A stretch of 63,070 nt of DNA, the filler included, from Collodictyon triciliatum (Eukaryota): the NCBI GenBank assembly GCA_043381765.1. It is 4 parts of 4 records of this genome, joined end to end, with 100 filler letters (N's around TTAATTAATTAA, not from the genome) between each part and the next. Parts side by side here need not be neighbours in the genome. Positions count along the whole stretch, not along the records: positions 48,160 to 63,070 come from JBHJMP010001755.1; 3 more parts are not named here. One strand, 5' to 3'. A program made the position numbers and the translations under genes. The notes under the pieces are model-generated. The model was not told the origin of the DNA and made no database searches. It saw nothing but the letters and a program-made list of their open reading frames with translations. Numbering within the stretch: position 1 is the first letter of the stretch; each line of letters opens with the position of its first letter. Below are positions 51,501 to 63,070 of the stretch, in pieces.

Positions 51501-52268
51501 TTATTTTCGCGAGAGTGTAGAGCGGGAAATACGTTCCAGTTGCTGGATAAGCTCTTGGATCTAAGAGTGTAATGCTCGCTTAACAATTACCAGTTCAAGT
51601 AAGGAAAGAATTGGATGGATGAACATCTAACCCGAATATCTTTATGATTGATAATGATAATGATAATGATAATGGTAATTATAAAAAATTATCTTGCCCA
51701 AATCGAAAGCAATGATAATGTAAAATAATAAGGTATAAGTAAATTACCTCGTCAGTAGTTTCTGTTTGTCTGAAAAGCTGCAAAGATTTTTTTATCTACA
51801 TTTTACGAGAAAAAGAATGGCTACGTGAATGCGAAGTGATATCAAAACAAAACCATGCAGGGTCATACTATCGAATTTCTTTTTCTGAAAAGCGATGACA
51901 ATAACATACAATCTCATCCAGTCTAGATAGGCTTCGGGCAGGTTCAATTTGGTATAAGGCAATAGACGCAAGAAATAACTTCAGAGATGCTACTCTTACC
52001 TTTTGCACAAAAATATAAAGTGATTTAACTCTTTAATTAAGTTCATAATTGAAACGAAAAAAAAAGATTTTGTTTAACATCTGGGATCGCTGTTACCTCT
52101 CTATGAGAGTCTAGGCAAAGCTGAATCGAGCTGTCAATCACAAAATCACTCTTGAGTATCTGTACTTTAAACCGGCTAAAATGTTGATATATGAACTATA
52201 CATTGTTAAAATTAATTATTTTATCATTATTGCATAACCTCGCTGCACTTTGAATCGAATTAAGGAAA

Positions 52269-52364
<96 letters not shown>

Positions 52365-52385
52365 NNNNNNNNNNTTATAAAGGAA

Positions 52386-52476
<91 letters not shown>

Positions 52477-55097
52477 TTGTTATTATTATTGAAATGACTA
52501 TTTCAGTATTTCAGTTCACGTGAATTTTGGAGCTGACAAGTTTAATTAACCATCCGTTCCCAAATAATATTATTGGGTAATTCATGACAGATATGTAGAC
52601 TCAATCCGAATGAATTAGCTTACCTGCAAACACCCACACCTCACAAGTGGGTGCCCTTTCTCGTGAAGACTCACATTCAAAGATATTGGGATGTACTTCT
52701 TACCAAGAGAAATCATATACTAGTAAAAGATTTCATGGTGAGCGTATCAGTACAATTTCAGATGCGTATACTTTAAATTTTTTTTGATAAAAAGTAAATT
52801 AAAATCAATTTTTATTCATTTATCTACTGTTTTACCTCCAAAGGAACAGGTAACTGTAATATACGCAGCAAAACGTTTACAAATATTATTCGAAATTTGG
52901 TATCAATTAGTTGAATGCCATATTTTAATAAGCATTCATTAGTCCTTGAATCTTGAGTGTCAACTAAATGCTCTGACGAATTCATGTTTGAATGTGATAA
53001 GATTGCGTCTAGAATTTCTATTGTACAAATGTCGGTGGGTGGATCTTTTGAAGTTCTGAAAACGTTCGAAGTATCCACCATTGAATCCTGATCGATGAGT
53101 TTGTTTCTTTCGCAATGAACAATCATCAGACTAAAGGCATCGATAATTCCTGTCTGGGCTTTTTGTAGTTCTACAACCGCATGTTATGAGCAGGTTTATT
53201 TACAATGACGAATGTCCCTTTCTACGAAATTGTACATACAAACATTTTATTAACAGTGCACCTGAGTTTCGACCTTCATTCCTTATGGACGAAATGCGAA
53301 GTAATATATCAAGATGGGCTGACTTCAATGGTGACGCATTTTCCGTGTGCCATGCAAGGACGTTGCAAACGTAAAATACATATAATTTGCATGCCATGTA
53401 ATCTGACAAGTGCGAGACAATCAGAATTACAAATAAATGTTTCCCCTTACTTTGTAAAAAGACGTTGTGATTGTCTCAAATTTTCTTAATTCGTATTGCA
53501 TACCCTATTACATTCCAAAAATAAATAAATAATTAAACAACCTGATGTTTCGATTGAGTGAACAGCATATTGTCGCATAGCTTCATGATGAAATTCAAAA
53601 GGGAAACGAGACAGGACCTCGGCGGATACCCTCTTTATGTCGTCATGCTCTAATTGAGAGAGGCAGCTATAGAAAGTTGGTTCAGTCAATCATATGACTT
53701 GTAGGATGTAGAACTAGTCTTGTTAAAAATGGAAAGAAAGAAAAAAAAGAGACAAGAGAATAAAATCAGCTAGATAGGACATATTGAACAAACAAGAATA
53801 ATATATGTATACTAACAAGTTCATGAGGCGTTCAGAAACTCTTTTGCACAGAATCACACGGTCTTCAGAATCTTGAAACTTTGTGCTGTAAAATGCAGCT
53901 GGCATGGTTCTCAAGAGCAACAATGGGCTTAGTTTTTGAAAAATCGATTTCGATTGCCCTTCCTCTGAGGCATATGTGTGTCTAATTGATGTAAAAAATA
54001 AAAAAAAATAATCAAATAATTATCAGCACGTTACCCAGTGTTATTTTTTCCCCTTTATTCGATTCGTCTCCCAGTGTTATAATAAATGGTATTAATATTA
54101 CTTGTAAACCACTTTATGCCGTTCCAGCTCGTCATATACTGCCTGGAGTATTGTATTTGAAGTTCTGCTCATTGTAGTAGAAAGCGTACTGGCCATCTAT
54201 AAAATAATACAAAGAACCTTTCATTTCCCATTTCTGATGATTCTAATTGAACCTTAAACAGCTTATTGATTTTTGGTTTTTTAGAAAGAAAAAAGAGGAT
54301 ATTTTGAGCAGAATGAAAAACCTTAATTGCGTAGCTGTCATCAGGCGAACTAAACATGCGATGCGCGAGGGCATTTGATGCTTCAGCAAGTTCTCTATCA
54401 TTCAACTGTAATCCCAATTAAATAGCACTAATTGAATAATCATACTCTGAACATACCAGCTTTTTTATATCAATTTCAAATTTAACTATACAACATGGCC
54501 CACACTTTGTATTGAATATAGGGGGCCCATTTTAATTTCTTGAATTTGAAAGCAGAAGCATGATAATAAAAGATATTAAAAAAAAAAAGAGAGAGAGAGA
54601 GAGAAAAAAGAAATGAAAAAAGAAAAGAAAAGAGCAAAACATTAGTAAAAGATATCAAAGGTGACAAACAGTACGAAATAAAATGTTGCCTCTTTATGGA
54701 ACTACCTCTTTCAACCACATCAAACAAGTGGACAGTATTCTATCAATAGTCTCTGGAGAGACATGCTTCACAGATTTTTTGGTGCCTAATGTCAAAGTAT
54801 TGTGTAAACTTTTTTTTTTCCTTTATTCGAGAGTATTATGTAAACTTAACCATTCAGTGATATGGGGGCGGCAGTTATGCATAAGTTTCACCTTTGAACA
54901 CGTTACAACTTGAGAAATTCATCGGGGCGTCTATGTATGCTAGATTTCTAAGTACAGTAAACATTATAAAATAGTGTCATTTGAAACAGTTTTTCATATT
55001 ATTTATAAATGATATCTAAAATATCTTAGTATATTTATCTTCTGTAAGAAACCTTAAAGTGTCAACCATGGTCTTCATAATCAACCCACAATCATTC
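51501..55097 (-). CDS. Uncharacterised ARM/HEAT-like helical repeat protein (3' part; 5' part lies in or beyond the gap)
   Basis: Exons give IFQKLSPLLLLRTMP, EHDDIKRVSAEVLSRF, KAQTGIIDAFSLMI, FRIIFVNVL, VRVASLKLF and a last exon IQELIQQLERISRSTLSRK*. The motif series resembles my recollection of plant At3g57570-type ARM proteins. Confidence 0.65.
52232..52269 (+). mobile_element. Short retroposon-like 3'-end fragment, copy G, followed by (TTA)n
   Basis: GCATAACCTCGCTGCACTTTGAATCGAATTAAG matches copy A at 31 of 33 positions. Confidence 0.75.
54045..54069 (-). mobile_element. Short retroposon-like 3'-end fragment, copy I, with 11-bp TSD
   Basis: The reverse complement AGACGAATCGAATAAAGGGGAAAAA is flanked by CCCAGTGTTAT at 54034-54044 and 54070-54080. 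Confidence 0.75.
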
Positions 55098-55334
55098 CTA
55101 CCAGAGAGGTAGTCTAATAAAACCTATTTTTTTTCAAAAGTAAACGCCCTTTTTCTTCATCTAATTCCACACTTAAGTCTAGAATAGTATATTATACGTT
55201 TCATGAAACGAAAAAGACCATAAAGAGAAAGAGAATGATCCCTCTTGCTGAATATACATATGAAAAGTATATAAAATATTCATGAAATAAGATAATACCT
55301 TGTCTGTCGACTTATTTCCCTCGAAAAAAACAGA

Positions 55335-55690
55335 NNNNNNNNNNNNNNNNNNNNNNNNNNNNNNNNNNNNNNNNNNNNNNNNNNNNNNNNNNNNNNNNNN
55401 NNNNNNNNNNNNNNNNNNNNNNNNNNNNNNNNNNNNNNNNNNNNNNNNNNNNNNNNNNNNNNNNNNNNNNNNNNNNNNNNNNNNNNNNNNNNNNNNNNNN
55501 NNNNNNNNNNNNNNNNNNNNNNNNNNNNNNNNNNNNNNNNNNNNNNNNNNNNNNNNNNNNNNNNNNNNNNNNNNNNNNNNNNNNNNNNNNNNNNNNNNNN
55601 NNNNNNNNNNNNNNNNNNNNNNNNNNNNNNNNNNNNNNNNNNNNNNNNNNNNNNNNNNNNNNNNNNNNNNNNNNNNNNNNNNNNNNNNNN
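55335..55690. other. Scaffold gap (356 N)
   Basis: Run of N with no spacer motif. Confidence 0.95.
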
Positions 55691-55771
55691 TAAAGATAAA
55701 GATAAAGATAAAGATAAAGATAAAGATAAAGATAAAGATAAATATAAAGATCAGCAGAAACACATTTATAC

Positions 55772-57408
55772 CATTCAATTTGTTGTTGTAAAGGCTTATT
55801 TGCTCTAGAAATGGCGTTTCGAAATTTGGAATGGTTCCTATTGATTGATTTTAAGAGGGATATACAAAAAAAGAATATGGAATGAAATGTACCACTAAGT
55901 TGGTTATTATGAGCAACAAGGTCAACCAAAACTGGCATGTAGAAGTTTGGCAAGGTACCTTACGATAAATTCAAAAAATTAATTATTCAAGACTTTAAAA
56001 AATGGTAAATTATTTAATTCTTGACAACCGTCAATTTTGTTGTTATAGAGATGCAGTTTTTCCATCAAAGGCATATTGAAGTCAGGAATTTTTCCTAGTT
56101 AAATTTGGAAAGCTTTAAGAATTCCCATGATTTATATTTTTACTTTCCTCTTATATTATTCTAATTACTCTTTGAATCGAAAGGAAACAATATTATTCTA
56201 ATGACTAGTATTATCACCACAATTATTACCATTTAGCTTATTATCAAACAGTTTCAAGACCTTTATTTTAGTCATGTTCAAATTTGGTATAGTTCCTATT
56301 GATTTGATTCGGTTTAAATATTTATTTCAAGAATCAAACTATCCATTTATATGTAATTCTTCAAGAACACAACGATGTGTCACTGTCATACCACTAATTA
56401 AATTTCCACTTATATCCAGGGAGATCAGACTTTTCATTTCAAAGAAAGGTATTGTGCCTTCGAATAAATTTGAATCGCTAAATAAAAAGCAAAATATAGT
56501 ACATCTCATAATTTTAAAGAAGACGGATTGTAAATAAAATCAAGCAGCAACCATTCAGGACGTTCGATTTTAGGCATAGGTACTGAAGATAGGGCATTTC
56601 AAATTCTGGCATGTTACCTGAACAAAAGAAATATCTTCTTGAAATTGTATTTTTTTTTTTTTTAGAGAATATAAAATCAAGAAATTAGTTAAGATTTTAG
56701 CCAACCAAATAGTAAATTCATCCCCACATCCAGAACTTGCGTTAATGGCATACCAAAGTTGGGTACAGTCCCTGAATTCATTTAATTGATTTTTGAGATT
56801 CTATTGTTTAATTCAGCGGACAACTGAAAGACACATTTTCATTTTTGAAAAAACAACTAAACAGAACTAGATTTTTATCACAAACCAGTGAGGTTATTGT
56901 TTGACATATTGAAAATGTTCATAAATGGCATATCCAATAAGGGTATTGTCCCTAAAATTATCGATTAGAAAAATCAGAAATAGGATACTTACTCACTTTT
57001 CAATTTAAATGTTGTGAGAATTAGACATATATCTTTTGTTATTTTACATTTTTACCATTCAATTTGTTAAAGCTTAGATTTATCTTTTCCATGAAGGGTA
57101 AATCCAATATTGGAACAGTTCCTTACAAAAAAAATTAATTCAAAAATGGGGTAAAGCAACGAAGAAAGGACCTTATATCTTACCATGTACATTGTTATCG
57201 TGAAAGAACAGTTTTTCAACGAAATTCATGGAAGAAAACCTGGGTATGTATCCTATTTTTTTTTTGCAATAATTAGTATAAAATAGGTATTTTAATCGAA
57301 TAATTTGATATAAATAAACCATTCAGCAAATTTTCACTAAGGTCAATCTCTTGAATCATATTGAGACTCAGATCAGGTATTGCTCCTACAAAACAGTTGA
57401 ATTACACC

Positions 57409-57506
<98 letters not shown>

Positions 57507-60500
57507 TATAAAAATCACTTTCTCGAATCAGTAATAATTCAAATGATTCTGTAAATTTTTTTTATTAAATTTTAATCGTTATCGATGCATCGATTTCATA
57601 CCACTAAGTAGGTTGTTATTTAAGTACAGGAACGCAACTTTAGGAAGAGAAAGCTCATTTATTTGACCTTTTTTTGGATTTTAATAATTAGGAATCAAAA
57701 GAAATTTATGATAGACTTTGGGATACAAAATATGACCTAGAATTTGAATTGTGTTCATACCATTTATATTATTATGACTTAGATCAAACATTTCAGCTGA
57801 TGGCAGAGTAAGAAAAGGAATTTCCCCTGTGTTTTTTTCGATTTACAATTACAATTTTCATTTTTCTGATTTAATTTTAAAAGGCTAATATGATAAATTA
57901 TTTAATTAGCATTAATATCTTTGTTATGGTTATGAAAAAGAAAAATTAATAAAAAATAAAATGATAATGCTGATAATGCTGATAAAGTTGAAAGAATAAA
58001 AATATGAATAATATGAATAATCTTGCACAAATTGAAAGGAAGAATAAAAATGATAATGATAATAACCTCCAAGTCGATTATTGTTCATATTTAGAGCAAT
58101 CAACTTTGAAGCATCAAACACAGGAATAGTACCTAATAAACATGAGTTATAAATTAATCATGACTTAAATATTAAAATATTTCGTATTTTATAATGTACT
58201 TTGCTCAAAACAAACTACAGTTATGTAACCTGAAATATCATTTGTACTCAAATCCAGTTCGATTATCTCAGGAATATGTAAAGTGGGTATGAAACCTATG
58301 ATGAATAAACACCTCATAGTGAATTTTTATTCATTTACATATGAATTTGTATGAAAGTATAATTACCCTGTAAATTGTTACTTTTCAGAATCAGAGTCTG
58401 CATGATACCCAAGGACAAACTTGGAATAGTTCCTTAATAAAAAAAAATTTTTTTTAGTATATCTCAGATATTTTCAAAGCATAAGTTCAGTAAGATGGAT
58501 GTCATTTACCGTTGAATTGATTGTATCCTAAATCCGCTTCCCTTAAGTTCAATAAATTGATGAAGTCAATCATTCCTAATTCATTTAAGGTCAATACATA
58601 TAATTTTATACCCAAATTTCTTATCATAGTCTGGAAAGAAAATACACACCACTGAAAGAATTGTGCGAAGCATGCAATATTTTCAGATTTGGGTATTGCA
58701 ACTGATTAATGGAGCCTGTTATTTTAGCATTATCAAATTTAGTTCCATAAAATTGCTAAATTGATTCTTCAGTACCATTGCAATTTTTTTAATATACCAT
58801 GGAATTCATTCATCTCGATGCTAAGTTCCTCAAGAGTATAAATACTTAAATCAGATAGAGATCCTATTGACGCAGCATTGTTTTTTTTTAAAAAATTGAC
58901 AACTGATTTTTCTTATGAAATATGGCATTTTCATATAATATTTCATATAGCAATATGTAATCTTCGGCACCATCAAATTTGTTATCGTTCAAGTAAACAT
59001 GTGTCAGCTTCGGCATGTTAATTAAATTTACTTTCCCTAATAAAATTAACTCAAACTCTTTAATTTTATTTTTGATATTATTTTTACTAGAATTTTCCTT
59101 AGCTACTTTGTAAGAAAAATAAGTATAGTTTTGCAAACAAATATTTGTTATAAAAACCATCTAATTGATTTCCATCTAGGTATATCTCTTCCATATTAGG
59201 GCTGTTGAAGCTTGGAATACTGCCTATATTTGTCAACAGAGCATTGATTTTGTATTTTTTAACTACATGCCTGATTGCATACTTCTGATAGAAACGGACC
59301 GATTTCAAACTCTGTCTCGCACAAATTGAGAGGAGAGAAAAATAAAAAGACTTCTGATAATAATAATAAAAATAATGATACCCATAAAACGATTATTGCT
59401 AACTCTAAACAACACGATGCTCGGAAGACTTATTGTCTTGGGCATCATTCCTTTTATTACGTAAAAAGATAAATATATGTTAGTTCATGAAAATAGATTT
59501 TTCTATAGTATATTAAGATGTGTATTTCTGGGTTAGTAATGCGTCCTACCGTTTAATTGATTATTGCTGATATCAAGTTTTAATAGATTTTCGGTGTTTG
59601 AATTTGGAAAGCCACCTTTAAAATTAATTTAAAAAAATTTAATGTAATATATTGATAAAATTACATAAAAGGTAAGAGAATTGGACTTGGAAACTATACT
59701 ACAGCCTATTTTGATACAAATAATATTAGGGCCATAGAAATTTAATAGTAATACGAACCGGTGAATTCGTTGAAGCTAAAATCAATTTCTTTAATAGATG
59801 ATGTGCTGGGCATAATAATAGCACCTTTTTTAGTCGAACAGATATCGATTATTAGAATGTATAGATAATTCATGTTGATGAATAAAATATTATAAAATCA
59901 ATATGTTTAAAGGAAAGGTATAAAAGTGAATAGATTAAAAGGATCCAAAAGGTACCGCTTAGTTGGTTAAAACTGAAAATAAGAGACTCCAAATGAGGCA
60001 AGTTTATGTTGGGCATGTTCCCATAAAGATTGTTGGAGGAGAGACTCAGCCCAGTGACAGGGCATGTGTTTGATAGTATTTCATTAGGGGCACAATTTGA
60101 GCTGCATGTGATGCCATACCATGTGCATATGGAATAATTGGAAGCCCAATTATCTTTGCGATACCAACTGATTCCTTTAGTAAGCTCATATACATTCATA
60201 AGCTCCATCTTCTGATCGATAGGCTTCGGATCGAGTCTTGAATCAATTTTTCTACGACTACCAGCGTCTTTAACCATTTTTTCAGCTTTTATTTATTAAA
60301 TGTGTCAGAGTCGAAATATTTGTTGGTGACTTGAAAGAGAAATGTAAATAATTCATATTTTATTTCGGTTTTCTCGAATTATGAGTACACGTATATTACA
60401 ATACCTTGTTGAAGATAAATGGAGTTATCAGATTTTATAGATGTGTCATTATTAAGAAGCGAATAGTATGAAGTTGATGTAACGTTCGTTTCCTTATATT

Positions 60501-60737
60501 CAGCAGGGATACCTATTTTTTAAAATGTTAATATTGACCTAAATTGAATGCTATCATGTGGAAATTGTGTGTGCAATATTCTCAATCGTACCATCAGGAT
60601 GCACGCAAGTATTTTTATTCCCTTTTGCATTCAAATAGCAGAAATCACTGTGTAGTTCAAGCAATATTTTAAATGCAATCTCCATTTTCATCGCAAGTAA
60701 CTGTGATTGTTCATAAGAGCACGCACTTGGAAATGGG
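55772..60737 (-). CDS. Extracellular-type LRR protein: Cys/Trp N-cap plus at least 25 LRRs, one exon per repeat (3' end in the gap; further 5' exons possible up to about 62900)
   Basis: The cap exon reads LMNVYELTKGISWYRKDNWASNYSICTWYGITC...VTGLSLSSNNLYG. It is followed by 24 exons of 66 or 69 nt, e.g. 59759-59824 and 55772-55837 (GTIPNFETPFLEQISLYNNKLNG), all bounded by phase-1 GT-AG introns in the Gly codon. Confidence 0.88.
56170..56189 (+). mobile_element. Short retroposon-like 3'-end fragment, copy J, with 17-bp TSD (1 mismatch)
   Basis: CTTTGAATCGAAAGGAAACA is flanked by ATATTATTCTAATTACT (56153-56169) and ATATTATTCTAATGACT (56190-56206). Confidence 0.72.
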
Positions 60738-62998
60738 CTATTTTTAAAAGGAAGCGAAGAAAATTATAAAGCGGCTAACAAAATTTGATTTATGCGGTAC
60801 CATTATATTTATATTTTAGAGAGAAGAGTCCACTTAAATTGAATAGTTTCATCGAATGAATTCATACTCTGCGGACGCACTGGTGAAACAAGAAGAGAGA
60901 CAAAACATAATCAATGTGTAAATAATCCATACGCTCTTTATTCGGTTGCTTCTACATCGATTAAAAATATGTCTAAAAAGCAGAATATTTAATATACAAA
61001 GTGTTTAAGATTAAAAAAGCTCAAAGATTAACCTATAGTTCCTCTTGTTTGATACACTTATTCCGCAGTAATGAAAACGATTCTCCTTGTGTGATTGATG
61101 AGACTCTATAATAAATTACACACATATTTAATTTTCAAGTTTTTTCATATACATTTTCAGAAAGACACTCTAAAATCATCTTTGTGTATGACATACCCAT
61201 CTTACTAAGTATTTTTCTCCACTTTGAAAATTTCTATTGAACAATATAAATATATTTTATTTCCAGATGCTGTTATCTGAAATAAACTCATTTTTTCTTT
61301 TTTTGGCTATTATGCTTTATTTAATTGATAATTATATGAAAAATGGGGGCTGCAATGATTTCTATGGAATTAAGATACCTGTTGAGAAATGTAGTCATCT
61401 GTCACACCTTTATCATATTTTAAAGGATATATAAGAAAAGTATGGGAATAAATCATGCAATAAGCAAACTTTAATCAAATCAATTTTTAGGGTATAGAAT
61501 ACCATCGTTAATCCCGCAAATACGCGTTGATGTATTTTTACGCACTAATTTATTCTGCTATGATTTATTTAAATTAATGACAGTAAATATTCGATTTATT
61601 GCTAAATAATCATACATGACTGAAATCACGTTCTCTGCGCCTGGTTTCTAGGGGGTTTGGCCAGAAAGTGCATCTAATATTTTTTTCATTATTATTGATA
61701 AACAGAAAAAAAAAATGACCGAATGATTGATTATTTAAAAGGAGGTTAACCGGAATTTAAATGGTGCTGAATAGATACTCATAGTAGTTCCAATCGAAGA
61801 CTCTGATTTTGTGTATACTATATTCGTTGGATTATTGTTTTAATGTGATATGTTAAAGGGGGATAATTTGACCTTGGTGGCATAATATTCAGAAAAAGAG
61901 TATTGGTGTTTAAGAGTCATGTTATGCAGAATGAAAATAAAAATAAAAATAAAAATTCCAATTATGATGGGGTTTTATAGTATTACATGATGGACATTCA
62001 CTATTTTGCGCTCGGTGTTTTTCATTACTCACATTCGCTGGGCGGATATGTGTTCTAATATTAGAAACATATTATCCAACGTACTGGGGGTCATTCCAAG
62101 TATGGGGATGATATAAAGTTCGATATACAAACATTATCTAGTAAATGAGGGAGAAAAAGGAGAACCCAAAATACTGCCAATGAATTACTTTGCACTCTTC
62201 AGAGTGATTTCCGTCTCAGGGTGAGTTGACATGGTTACGTCAGGCGATGCTATCATCAAGTAATTCTTGTATTGAAGCAGTTATCTTTTGCGTTGGTGAT
62301 TTTTTTTTTTTTTACAAAAAAAAAAAGAAATATTATTGCTCGATAGATTTATTGCATAAAATGGTAGTGAATTGTGTTAAAGAAAGGAGGTGCGTAATTT
62401 ACTCCCTTTTTTTTTTTAAAAAAAAAAAAACGAAGCAGGAAGGAAACGAAATGGCCCAATCGCAAAAAAGTTTGAACGTGAGTGGGCGCCCTCCCTTTCT
62501 ACTCACCAGTTTTTTTTTTTTTTTGTGAGGATAGAGCTTCAATATTTTGGAGTAAGAGCCAGGAATATTCAAAGACTCAATTGATCAGATATATTGGGGA
62601 ATCCACACCTTTTCCGCCACCAGGGATTTGTGCTCTGCGAGTAGAAAAAAAGTAGAGTATAGAAGCCATAAGAGGCGCAAGAGGAACTAATAGACGAATA
62701 AACAAGACCGCCACAAATGAAAATGAATACGAGTAGTTTTGCAGTCTGTGATAGAGCGTAGGAATCAAGAAGTCACTTTCATCGGGCAGTCTAACCAAGG
62801 CGGGCTGGATCGTGAAGTGCCCTGACAAATCCTTGAAAAAAAACAGCGCACAATTGCGCAACGGACGAGACAGATTTCGCGTCTCCAAAACTGGAAAATT
62901 TAGCATCGATCATGGAACCTTGACGTTTGACAGAGCCGTGAAAACGTTTTGATATTCAAGGCGTGTGCGGATAAGCGCGTTGCGTTGCGTGCTGAAAA

Positions 62999-63029
<31 letters not shown>

Positions 63030-63070
63030 GAAAGAAAAACCCATCATAGAAAGGTAACTCAGGGGAAAAA

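Noticed and set aside
52261-52476. Large inverted (TTA)n/(TAA)n structure with duplicated AAGGAAAAT
   Set aside because: It is centred on a 10-N scaffold gap and is probably an assembly artefact of one microsatellite.

Overview
Eukaryotic nuclear DNA from an AT-rich, intron-dense, microsatellite-rich flagellated protist (CFAP299, NPHP4 and an LRRIQ3-like gene are present). It uses the standard genetic code and mostly GT-AG introns. The window is not contiguous: three identical 100-nt spacers (44 N + TTAATTAATTAA + 44 N) join four separate contigs, so neighbourhoods across 14937-15036, 29969-30068 and 48060-48159 are meaningless. Hand-spliced gene models give about 18 protein-coding genes: RING finger, ankyrin-repeat, a MYND-associated-domain protein, LRRIQ3-like, an RPA14/Ker1-like candidate, YqgF, YbjN-like, CLEC16A, RPL29, pinin, a large coiled-coil protein, a sulfotransferase, a cyclase-type 2x6TM protein, NPHP4, OMP decarboxylase, CFAP299, an ARM-like protein and an extracellular LRR protein. 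Family calls rest on recalled motifs, not on database searches. Most notable: (1) a dispersed family of 20-55-nt intronic insertions ending in TTTGAATCGAATAAAGG(A)n, three with 11-17-bp target-site duplications; (2) an LRR gene with 24 consecutive symmetric phase-1 exons, each encoding one 22-23-aa repeat; (3) a cyclase-type double membrane module with no catalytic domain and an in-frame TAA; (4) an RPA14/Ker1-like candidate; (5) an intron-bearing bacterial-type YbjN gene next to YqgF; (6) NPHP4 cut off mid-gene at a heptamer satellite.
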